This document shows positions 1 to 7,088 of a stretch of 32,000 nucleotides of DNA, in pieces (the first letter of the stretch is position 1; each line of letters begins with the position of its first letter). Made by a program: the position numbers and the translations under genes. Location: contig JANQNC010000001.1 in assembly GCA_028279745.1 (NCBI GenBank), forward strand, positions 1,050,001 to 1,082,000. Reading direction: 5' to 3'. Source of the DNA: Candidatus Nanoarchaeia archaeon. GTDB lineage: Archaea; Nanobdellota; Nanobdellia; Woesearchaeales; JANQNC01. The notes under the pieces are model-generated. The model saw only the letters and a list, made by a program, of their open reading frames with translations, did no database searches and was not told where the DNA came from.

Positions 1-52
1 CTTGAGCTCGTGAATTAAGTATTTTTCTTGCTACAATATTTTTTATTATCAT
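1..52 (-). CDS. eno: enolase, first 17 codons only (gene runs off the left edge)
   Basis: Reverse-strand ATG at 52-50 reads MIIKNIVARKILNSRAQ. This fits the conserved enolase N-terminus pattern IVAR-x-IL-D/N-SR. GGTGAT SD-like element lies 5 nt upstream. Too short to be certain. Confidence 0.45.
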   Translation of the reverse strand, partial: MIIKNIVARKILNSRAQ

Positions 53-85
53 CTATTATCACCAACCCTAATCATTGATTGACTG

Positions 86-99
86 TTTTTTAATGTTTC
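86..99 (-). promoter_or_regulatory. putative BRE/TATA promoter for eno
   Basis: Reverse strand reads GAAACATTAAAAAA, a variant of the motif recurring upstream of other genes in this window. Confidence 0.35.
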
Positions 100-110
100 G
101 TTTTTATAGT

Positions 111-170
111 AAATGGCTCTTGCCATTTACTAACTAGAAAAGGCCAGTTGGCCTTTTCTATTAGCAAGAG
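111..170. other. nested, partly mutually exclusive inverted repeats
   Basis: Perfect 11-bp stem AGAAAAGGCCA (136-146) / TGGCCTTTTCT (149-159). It is enclosed by CTCTTGC (117-123) / GCAAGAG (164-170). An alternative stem AAATGGC (111-117) / GCCATTT (122-128) shares bases with the outer stem. Confidence 0.5.
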
Positions 171-199
171 TTAAAAACTAAGAATATCATAATATAATC

Positions 200-367
200 A
201 TGAAAATAAAACTATGCCCGAAATGCAAGTCAGACAAAATTGAGCTATATGCAGCAGGGATAACAGGAAACTATAGATGCCGTAACTGCGATTATGTCGG
301 GCCGTTGATTCTTGAGAAGGAAGTAGACGAAAGAGATTTAAAGAATAAAGATAAGAATACAAAATAG
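200..367 (+). CDS. small zinc-ribbon protein, 55 aa (below the ORF-track cutoff)
   Basis: ATG 200, TAG 365-367. Product is MKIKLCPKCKSDKIELYAAGITGNYRCRNCDYVGPLILEKEVDERDLKNKDKNTK, with CPKC...CRNC forming a four-Cys knuckle pair. No SD, so likely leaderless or short-leader. Confidence 0.5.
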   Translation: MKIKLCPKCKSDKIELYAAGITGNYRCRNCDYVGPLILEKEVDERDLKNKDKNTK

Positions 368-387
368 ACAAAAAAAGAGGTCGGTAG

Positions 388-1215
388 ATGGATAAAGTAG
401 AAAATATTGAAAAACTGAAGAGTATTTCTAAAGAGATCAGACTTAGCATAATGAGTATGTTGCATGAAGCAAAGTCAGGACACTCAGGAGGAAGTCTAGG
501 AATGACAGATGTATTCACAACACTATTCTTCAACGTAATGAACCACAACCCAGAAGACCCAAAATGGGAAGACAGAGACCATTTTATTCTATCAAATGGA
601 CATATCTGTCCTGTGTTATACTCAACACTTGCAGAAGCAGGATATTTTTCAAAAGATGAACTTAAGACTTTACGTAAATTTGGATCAAGATTACAAGGGC
701 ACCCATCAAGAACGGATTTTGACTTGGTTGAGACTTCAACAGGCCCGCTTGGCCAAGGCATATTGGTTGCAGCAGGGATGGCAAAAGGACTAAAGATGCA
801 AAATAAGAACAACAAAATATTTGTGTCAAGCTCAGACGGAGAACATCAAGAAGGAGCAACCTGGGAAACATTAATGTTTGCAGCAAAACATAATTTAGAT
901 AATCTAATAGTTTTCATCGACAGAAACCAAATACAGATAGGGGGAAATACCGAAGACATAATGGAAATGGAATCATTAGCAGACAAACTAAGAGCATTCA
1001 ACTGGAACGTAATAGAGGCGGATGGACATAACTATGAAGAAATACTGAAAGCATTCAACCAGGCAAAAGAAAACAAAGGAAAACCCACAACAATAATATT
1101 CAAAACAACAATAGGAAAAGGAGTGTCATTCATGGAAGGAGATTATGAGTGGCATGGAAAAGCACCAAACGATGAAGAATACCAAAAAGCTGTTGAGGAG
1201 ATAAATAATGGATAA
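388..1215 (+). CDS. tkt: transketolase, N-terminal (TPP-binding) subunit
   Basis: SGHSGGSLG, LSNGH and SSDGEHQEGATWE motifs. SD AGAGG lies 7 nt upstream. The gene overlaps the C-terminal subunit gene by 8 nt, the split form typical of archaea. Confidence 0.9.
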   Translation: MDKVENIEKLKSISKEIRLSIMSMLHEAKSGHSGGSLGMTDVFTTLFFNVMNHNPEDPKWEDRDHFILSNGHICPVLYSTLAEAGYFSKDELKTLRKFGSRLQGHPSRTDFDLVETSTGPLGQGILVAAGMAKGLKMQNKNNKIFVSSSDGEHQEGATWETLMFAAKHNLDNLIVFIDRNQIQIGGNTEDIMEMESLADKLRAFNWNVIEADGHNYEEILKAFNQAKENKGKPTTIIFKTTIGKGVSFMEGDYEWHGKAPNDEEYQKAVEEINNG

Positions 1216-2149
1216 AGAAGCCACTCGTAAAGGATTTGGAAAAGCATTGGTAGAGTTGGGAGAGCTTAATGATAAAGTTGTAGCATTATCAGCAGATTTA
1301 ACAGAATCAACATCTTGCAAAGAGTTCAAAGAAAAGTATCCAGATAGATACATGGAGATGGGTGTAGCAGAACAGAACTCAATAGGTGTGGCAGCAGGAC
1401 TAAGCTTTACAGGATACATTCCATTTGTAACATCATTTGCAGTATTTATGCCTAACAGATGTTTGGATCAGATAAGAGTAAGTGTAGCATATAACAATGC
1501 GAATGTCAAAATAGTTGCGTCACATGCAGGACTAGTCACGGGGCATGACGGAGCAACACACCAAGCACTAGAAGACATATCTATAATGAGATCCATACCA
1601 AACATGACAGTTGTAGTTCCATGTGATTTTACAGAAGCAGTAAAAGCAACAAAAACAATAGCATACAGAGAAGGGCCTTGTTATCTGAGGCTAATGAGAG
1701 AAAAAACACCAAAGATAACAGATGAAAACACAAGATTTGATGTTGGTGTGGCAAACGTGATGAGAGATGGAGAAGATATTACTATAATTGCCTGTGGGGA
1801 GATGGTAAGTGCGGCATTAGAAGCAGCAGAAAGACTACAAGAAGAAAATATATCTGTTGCTGTTGTTAATATGCACACAATCAAACCGATAGACAAAGAG
1901 TGTATCTTAGGCTATGCAGAAAAAACAAAAGCGATAGTCACAGCGGAAGACCACCAGGTAAATGGGGGGTTGGGAAGTGCTGTAAGCGAAGTAGTAAGTT
2001 CAGAAAATCCCATAGTTGTAAAAAGAGTTGGAGTGCAAGATAGGTTTGGACAGTCAGGCACAGCAGAAGAACTAATGAAAGAGTATAACATAACTGTAGA
2101 AGATATAATCAACGAAGTTAGAAATGCTATTTCTGCTGCTAAAAAATAG
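1208..2149 (+). CDS. tkt: transketolase, C-terminal (pyrimidine-binding plus C-terminal domain) subunit
   Basis: MEMGVAEQN, GHDGATHQALEDI and RFGQSG motifs. Translationally coupled to the upstream subunit. Confidence 0.9.
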   Translation: MDKEATRKGFGKALVELGELNDKVVALSADLTESTSCKEFKEKYPDRYMEMGVAEQNSIGVAAGLSFTGYIPFVTSFAVFMPNRCLDQIRVSVAYNNANVKIVASHAGLVTGHDGATHQALEDISIMRSIPNMTVVVPCDFTEAVKATKTIAYREGPCYLRLMREKTPKITDENTRFDVGVANVMRDGEDITIIACGEMVSAALEAAERLQEENISVAVVNMHTIKPIDKECILGYAEKTKAIVTAEDHQVNGGLGSAVSEVVSSENPIVVKRVGVQDRFGQSGTAEELMKEYNITVEDIINEVRNAISAAKK

Positions 2150-2202
2150 AAAACTTAATAAAAGGAATTTCTCAGATTATACTAAATCAACGAGGTGTTG
2201 AT

Positions 2203-2370
2203 ATGACAGAAGAAAATACGTGCAAAGAAGACATCTGTAACACAGAGGATGAAAATTGCCACTGTGAAGAAGAAAAGTGTGTCTGTGAAAATGCAAAATG
2301 CGACAAATGCAGCAAAGAAATTTGCCAAAACTGTGGCGGATGCAAAAATTGCGGGACATGTACGTGTTAA
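2203..2370 (+). CDS. metallothionein-like Cys-rich small protein, 55 aa (below the ORF-track cutoff)
   Basis: ATG 2203, TAA 2368-2370, SD GAGG 7 nt upstream. Product is MTEENTCKEDICNTEDENCHCEEEKCVCENAKCDKCSKEICQNCGGCKNCGTCTC. It has 14 Cys in CxC/CxxC spacing and no aromatic residues. Confidence 0.55.
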   Translation: MTEENTCKEDICNTEDENCHCEEEKCVCENAKCDKCSKEICQNCGGCKNCGTCTC

Positions 2371-2393
2371 GCTTAAACGGAGGTATTTAGAAA

Positions 2394-2987
2394 ATGGAAG
2401 AAGGAGAAGAAAAGAAAAAATGTGAACAATGTGGTGCAGACGCTTGCGAAGCATGCGAAGGCTGCAAGAACTGTGAAACATGCACATGTGAAGCACCAGA
2501 AGAAAAACCTGCTGAAGAAGCTCCTGCAGAGGAAGCGCCAGCTGAAGAAGAAAAGCCTGCTGAAGAAGAAGAGGAAGAAGACGGCGGAGATCAGCCTGAT
2601 GAGGGTGGCGACAAGCCAGATGAAGAACCTGCTGAACCAGGTGAAGAACCAACAGAACCTCCAGCAGAAGAAGAGGAAGAAGAAGATAACGGAGATCAAC
2701 CTGACGAAGGAGGGGATCAGCCTGATGAAGAGCCTGCTAAGCCTGACGAAGAGCCAGCTGAGCCAGGAGAAGGACCTGCTGAACCTCCAGCAGAAGAAGA
2801 GGAAGAAGAAGATAACGGTGACGAAGGTAGTGGTGACTCAGGGGATGAAGAACCTGCTGAACCTGGAGAAGAACCAACAGAACCTCCAGCAGAAGGAGAT
2901 GAAGGCGGAGATCAACCTGACGAAGAACCTGCTGAACCTGGAGAAGAACCAACAGAACCACCAGCAGAAGAACCTAAAGAAGAGTAA
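2394..2987 (+). CDS. Cys-cluster head (paralogous to 2203-2370) fused to a repetitive polyacidic Pro/Glu/Asp-rich tail
   Basis: SD GGAGG lies 10 nt upstream. The head CEQCGADACEACEGCKNCETCTC matches the C-terminus CQNCGGCKNCGTCTC of the upstream gene. About 165 aa of EEPAEPGEEPTEPPAEE-type repeats follow, with no aromatic or aliphatic core. Confidence 0.55.
   Translation: MEEGEEKKKCEQCGADACEACEGCKNCETCTCEAPEEKPAEEAPAEEAPAEEEKPAEEEEEEDGGDQPDEGGDKPDEEPAEPGEEPTEPPAEEEEEEDNGDQPDEGGDQPDEEPAKPDEEPAEPGEGPAEPPAEEEEEEDNGDEGSGDSGDEEPAEPGEEPTEPPAEGDEGGDQPDEEPAEPGEEPTEPPAEEPKEE
2622..2970 (+). repeat. in-frame coding repeats: near-identical 49-nt unit three times plus a degenerate copy
   Basis: The unit gaagaacctgctgaacc(a/t)gg(t/a)gaagaaccaacagaacc(t/a)ccagcagaag occurs at 2622-2670, 2847-2895 and 2922-2970. 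A diverged copy lies near 2749-2800. Confidence 0.85.
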
Positions 2988-3006
2988 GTTTACTCATTTT
3001 ATTTTT

Positions 3007-3079
3007 CCCAAGAAAATTCTAAGAATTTTCTGGGCGCCAAAAAAGCGATGCTTTTTTGTGCGTTTATACTTTTTTTTCT
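3007..3079 (+). terminator. two tandem hairpins followed by a T-run
   Basis: AGAAAATTC/GAATTTTCT (3011-3019/3023-3031), extended by CCC/GGG. CAAAAAAGC/GCTTTTTTG (3038-3046/3050-3058). T8 near 3071-3079. Confidence 0.5.
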
Positions 3080-3114
3080 AAAATTTTAAATAAGATGTTC
3101 TAATTCTTGTACTT

Positions 3115-3858
3115 ATGACACTATATATCATAGGAATAGGTCTAAATGATGAGAAAGACATAACCTTGAAAGGGTTAGAAGCAGTAAAAAAATGCAGTAA
3201 ATTATTTTTAGAGAGTTATACATCTAAATTACAGTGTGATATTTCTAATTTGGAAGAGTTGTATGGTAAAAAGATAATTCTAGCAGACCGAGAGATGGTT
3301 GAGAAGAACTCCGACGAGATCATTTCAGAAACAGAAGATACGGCATTACTAATCATCGGAGATCCGATGAGTGCAACAACACACATAGACATAATGATGC
3401 GAGCAAAAGAGAAGAAAGTTTCAGTTGTTGTAATCAATAATGCTTCAGTTCTTACTGCAGTTGGAATAACAGGATTACAGCTGTACAAGTTTGGAAAAAC
3501 AACCTCAATACCTTTTCCACAAGAAGGATTTGAACCAGAAACTCCCTATGATGTGATTAAGAGCAATGGTGAGTTGCACACACTTGTGTTGTTAGACTTA
3601 AGACCTGATGAAGACAAGTTTATGACAGTAAATGAAGGGTTGAAGTATTTGTTAAGCATTGAAGACAAACGTAAAGAAAAGGTTATTTCTGAAGACACAC
3701 TTGCTGTAGGATGCGCAAGACTTGGCGGAACTTATAAGATCAAGTATGGTAAAGTAAAAGAGTTAGTGGATGAAGACTTTGGTGGAGCACCACACTGTAT
3801 TATAATACCTGGAAAACTTCACTTTAGTGAAGAAGAAGCTTTAGAGATGTATAACTAG
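3115..3858 (+). CDS. dph5: diphthine synthase
   Basis: N-terminus MTLYIIGIGLNDEKDITLKGLEAVKKCSKLFLESYTS, plus GDPMSATTH and HCIIIPG motifs. TATA-like TTTTAAATAA lies about 22 nt upstream (leaderless). Confidence 0.9.
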   Translation: MTLYIIGIGLNDEKDITLKGLEAVKKCSKLFLESYTSKLQCDISNLEELYGKKIILADREMVEKNSDEIISETEDTALLIIGDPMSATTHIDIMMRAKEKKVSVVVINNASVLTAVGITGLQLYKFGKTTSIPFPQEGFEPETPYDVIKSNGELHTLVLLDLRPDEDKFMTVNEGLKYLLSIEDKRKEKVISEDTLAVGCARLGGTYKIKYGKVKELVDEDFGGAPHCIIIPGKLHFSEEEALEMYN

Positions 3859-3902
3859 TTCTGTTAGAATAAATAAAAAAAGAAAAAATAAAGAAAAAGG
3901 AA

Positions 3903-4592
3903 TTATTTCTTTTTACCTAAAGCAACCGCGGCTACTGCAACAATTCCCACTAGGGCCCCAATTGAGAGGATAGAACTGTTAATTTCGGGAACTGCATCAC
4001 TTTCTGGTCCAGCAACAAATAATGGGCAGTCATCAAAGTATCCTGGCGTGTAGTCTATATCTTGGCCAGGGTTGATTATGTGCGGGCCTGTTCCTGAGTA
4101 ATCACTATAGTAGTTATCTGCCCAGGCCATAACGCCTGATTGTCCAGGTCCTCTTAAAGCAGCAACTGCATAATTTTTCCCGTTAAAGCAGTTACCGGTT
4201 GCAGATGAACCTTCGTAAACATCACTGAAAGCAGGTTGGATCTGTAACGCTCTGATGTTTGTTGCTGTTACTTTATTGTTGGTAAGTGTGAAAGGTGTGG
4301 TTGCACCATCTATACCTATTCCTCCCCAAGCAGAGTTTATGATGCAATTCTTGATAGTCGCAGGACTTCCAGAGTTCATAATAACGCCGTAAGTTCCGTT
4401 TATTGTGTACCCGTCACAGTCTAGTGTTCCGCCATTTATATTTACTGCCCCGTATCCGGTACAGCCTGTTATGTCTTCAGTTAGAACAACAGTTCCACTT
4501 GATATTGTCTGACCGCACTGACCTTGTGTGAATGCACTCACTAATCCAACAGCAAACAAAGCCATTAGACAAAATATCATTAATTTCTTCAT
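3903..4592 (-). CDS. secreted parallel beta-helix (NosD/CASH-like) surface protein with C-terminal membrane anchor
   Basis: Signal peptide MKKLMIFCLMALFAVGLVSA. The pattern GTVVLTEDITGCTGYGAVNINGGTLDCDGYTINGTYGVIM...IKNCIIN is typical of PbH1 repeats. The C-terminus is VPEINSS + ILSIGALVGIVAVAAVAL + GKKK. SD GAGGTGAT lies 9 nt upstream. Confidence 0.6.
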   Translation of the reverse strand: MKKLMIFCLMALFAVGLVSAFTQGQCGQTISSGTVVLTEDITGCTGYGAVNINGGTLDCDGYTINGTYGVIMNSGSPATIKNCIINSAWGGIGIDGATTPFTLTNNKVTATNIRALQIQPAFSDVYEGSSATGNCFNGKNYAVAALRGPGQSGVMAWADNYYSDYSGTGPHIINPGQDIDYTPGYFDDCPLFVAGPESDAVPEINSSILSIGALVGIVAVAAVALGKKK

Positions 4593-4694
4593 ATAAAATC
4601 ACCTCGTATTATATTTTTATAGATATGTTCTTTATTTTAGGGGTTTACTATTTATAAATCTTTTTTTTTAGAAATGAATTTAAAAAATAAAAAA

Positions 4695-4979
4695 CTATTT
4701 CTTTTTCTTAGAAATTTTTTTCTCTAAATCTTTCAGATCTTTCTTAGTTGCCAAAGGAGAAGACTTCATAGCTTTTTTGACCTGTTCTTCAACACTCTTC
4801 TGAATCTTTTTTTGTGTACGTAAGGATTCAGAAACTATGTCATTAACAAGCTTCTTCCCTTCTTTTTCATTCAAGTAACCTTTCTTCTTTAAGTCTTTTA
4901 CAAGACTGTTGGCTTTGTCACGGGTTATAGCGCCAAGGCCCAACCCAAACAAAATTGTTTTTTTTAAGATATCTTTCAC
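4695..4979 (-). CDS. phasin-like (COG3937-type) small helical protein
   Basis: FGLGLGAITRDKANSLVKDLKKKGYLNEKEGKKLVNDIV resembles the phasin-family regulator fold. I place the start at GTG 4979, 8 nt after AGAGG of an AGAGGTGAT SD. The track start GTG 4988 overlaps the ubiB stop. Confidence 0.4.
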   Translation of the reverse strand: MKDILKKTILFGLGLGAITRDKANSLVKDLKKKGYLNEKEGKKLVNDIVSESLRTQKKIQKSVEEQVKKAMKSSPLATKKDLKDLEKKISKKKK

Positions 4980-4984
4980 CCAAA

Positions 4985-6685
4985 TCACCTCTTATTTTTT
5001 TCTCTTAAATCTGATCTAACCTCTTCTGAAAGCATAGTCCTTTTCAGGAGCCAAATTGAAAGTAATATAGCAACGCTGAACCCTGCTACAGGTATAATCG
5101 GGATTCCTTGGTATATAAAGGTTGTGTCAACCTGCATAACCAGGGCGGAACCAACTATCAATGCAGCAATAATCATACCAACACTGACATTACCTGAACT
5201 TCTCTCAAGCTCAGCAGTCATATTTTTAATGTCAGAATCTTCTAAATCAATGTTAATGTTGCCTTTTCTTAACCGGTCTAGTATTTCTAAGCTGCTTTTT
5301 GGAAGTACAGATAAAAGTTCTTTGTAAGTAGATGCAGCCTTTAATGCAGACTTCTTGATCTGTTGAGGATAGAACTTTTTTCTAAGGATTTTCTTCAGAA
5401 GAGGCTTGGTTTGTTCAACCAGCTTAAAATCAGGATTATATCTGACGCCAATACCTTCCAAAGTTATAACTGTCTTGCCAAATAGAACAAAGTCAAGAGG
5501 AAGTTGTATCTTGTATTGTAAAGCAAGATCCATAACTTGTTCAAGAACTATGCTGACCTCCACATCTTTCAGAGAGGAATACTGGAGATTACCAATTAGT
5601 ACTGTCAGATCTCTCTTGAAAGCTCTTGCATCAAATTCTTTTTCATCAACAGCACCTAAACTCAAGAAAGTTCTAACTAGCTTATCAACTTCTTTGTTAG
5701 CGACAGCCATAAAGATATCTAAAGATTTATTTCTTAGGTCATCATCAAATTTACCTACAATGCCGAAATCAACAAAACCTATCTTTTTACCTTTTGTCAA
5801 GAAAATGTTTGCAGGATGGGGATCCGCATGGAAAAAACCATGCTCAAAAATCATAGTTATCACATTAGCGTACACTTTGTCTATAACTTTTATGTAGCCA
5901 CCAGCAGATCGTTTTACTTTGTTAAACTGATTCAGAGGAGTTCCATCAATAAAATCAGTAGTCAAGACTTTTTCGGTAGTAAATTCTGAGTATACTTCGG
6001 GAATGTACACGTCTTTATTTTTTTCAAAGTTTTTCTTGATGGTTTTTGCATTCAAAGATTCAATCTTATAATTTAATTCATCGTGGGTGTAACGCTCAAA
6101 CTCTTGCACAACACTTATAAGATCATAGTTAGCCAGCTCTTTGACATGCTTTTGTAATAGCTGAGCGACATGATACAGAATTTCAATATCTGTATCAATA
6201 ACTTTTCGTATATCTGGTCTTTGAACCTTAACCGCAACAACTTTTCCATCTTTTAGTTTAGCTTTATGAACTTGGCCCAAAGAAGCAGCAGCCAAAGGTT
6301 TTGTATCAAAAGATTTGAAAGCTTTACTTAATGGTTGGTGAAGCTCAGACTCAACAATCTTTTTTACATCTTTAAAAGGAAAGCTAGGGACTTTATCCTG
6401 CATCTTTTCAAACTCAAAGATGTACTCTTTAGGAACTAAATCAGGTCTTAAGCTTAGTAGTTGGCCTAACTTAACAAAAGTAGGACCTAGTTTTTCAAAT
6501 GCTCTTCTTAGGTGAACAGAAGGATGATATCTATGTTCAAACTTCTTAGCAAACCTTTTTGTGAGAGGCAAATGTTTCATCAGCTTAGACCTTTCAAACA
6601 GATAACCAAAACCTTCCTCAAAGAAGATTAATAGAATTTTTCTTAATCTATTGATGTCTCTTACCTCTTTTCTAATGTTAAACAT
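4985..6685 (-). CDS. ubiB: ABC1/UbiB-family atypical protein kinase
   Basis: AAASLGQVHKAKLKDGKVVAVKVQRP, FFHADPHPANIF and VDFGIVG motifs. Two C-terminal TM helices. SD GAGG lies 6 nt upstream. Confidence 0.9.
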   Translation of the reverse strand: MFNIRKEVRDINRLRKILLIFFEEGFGYLFERSKLMKHLPLTKRFAKKFEHRYHPSVHLRRAFEKLGPTFVKLGQLLSLRPDLVPKEYIFEFEKMQDKVPSFPFKDVKKIVESELHQPLSKAFKSFDTKPLAAASLGQVHKAKLKDGKVVAVKVQRPDIRKVIDTDIEILYHVAQLLQKHVKELANYDLISVVQEFERYTHDELNYKIESLNAKTIKKNFEKNKDVYIPEVYSEFTTEKVLTTDFIDGTPLNQFNKVKRSAGGYIKVIDKVYANVITMIFEHGFFHADPHPANIFLTKGKKIGFVDFGIVGKFDDDLRNKSLDIFMAVANKEVDKLVRTFLSLGAVDEKEFDARAFKRDLTVLIGNLQYSSLKDVEVSIVLEQVMDLALQYKIQLPLDFVLFGKTVITLEGIGVRYNPDFKLVEQTKPLLKKILRKKFYPQQIKKSALKAASTYKELLSVLPKSSLEILDRLRKGNINIDLEDSDIKNMTAELERSSGNVSVGMIIAALIVGSALVMQVDTTFIYQGIPIIPVAGFSVAILLSIWLLKRTMLSEEVRSDLREKNKR

Positions 6686-6749
6686 TATGCACCTCTTTTT
6701 ATGTAAAAATCAGTTTTTCTTTATATAAATGTTGTGATAGAAATATAAT

Positions 6750-6797
6750 AAAAAAAAGAAAAAGTGCTCAAAAATTTTTGGCACACCTTTACAGGTG
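6750..6797 (-). terminator. short hairpin plus oligo-T tract downstream of 6800-7084
   Basis: CACCT/AGGTG stem at 6784-6797. On the minus strand it is followed by T5-G-T8 (plus-strand A-runs at 6750-6763). Confidence 0.4.
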
Positions 6798-6799
6798 GA

Positions 6800-7084
6800 T
6801 TAAAGTTTCATCAAAGCGAAACCTGCAATTAGTAGGGTGAGTATCCACCAAGATAACCCTGTCATAACGCCTGTTGCATTAAGAGCACATACAACACCAA
6901 TTATGAATAAAAGTCTTCCAAAGAATCCTCCGCCGCTTTCACAACAACTTTTGGACTCAAAATGCTTAGCCCAAGACTTACAACTCTTATCGTCTTTAGA
7001 ACACATCTCTATCTTTTTCCCAATAGATTTACCAATCTCATCCCAAGAAGGGTCAGCTTTCTTTTTCTTTTTTCTTGCAACCAT
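6800..7084 (-). CDS. small Cys-containing membrane protein, unknown function
   Basis: Strong SD GAGAGGTGAT 7 nt upstream, overlapping the end of the Nudix gene. Basic N-terminus and two C-terminal TM helices. Confidence 0.6.
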   Translation of the reverse strand: MVARKKKKKADPSWDEIGKSIGKKIEMCSKDDKSCKSWAKHFESKSCCESGGGFFGRLLFIIGVVCALNATGVMTGLSWWILTLLIAGFALMKL

Positions 7085-7088
7085 CTTA

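Noticed and set aside
198-815. 205-aa minus-strand ORF from the track
   Set aside because: It lies antisense to the well-supported transketolase N-subunit and the Zn-ribbon ORF. It has low-complexity hydrophobic composition and no SD or TATA, so it is a shadow ORF.
2622-2970. Repeats as a possible CRISPR array
   Set aside because: The units are in-frame coding repeats of one ORF with irregular spacing. The intervening segments are related to each other rather than unique, the repeats lack palindromic repeat structure, and there is no cas gene nearby.
2203-2987. Cys-rich peptides as RiPP precursors (SCIFF/ranthipeptide-like)
   Set aside because: No radical SAM/SPASM maturase, protease or exporter is adjacent; the neighbours are tkt and dph5. 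The composition fits a metallothionein-like role better. The RiPP reading is not excluded if a maturase is encoded elsewhere.
2182-3081. Alternative-frame and antisense ORFs over the acidic-repeat gene (2182-2652 minus, 2373-2699 minus, 2422-3081 plus, 2737-2961 minus)
   Set aside because: They are by-products of the GAA/GAG/CCT-rich repeats, giving K-rich or L/F-rich nonsense. Only the 2394 frame has a GGAGG SD and shares the Cys motif with the upstream gene.
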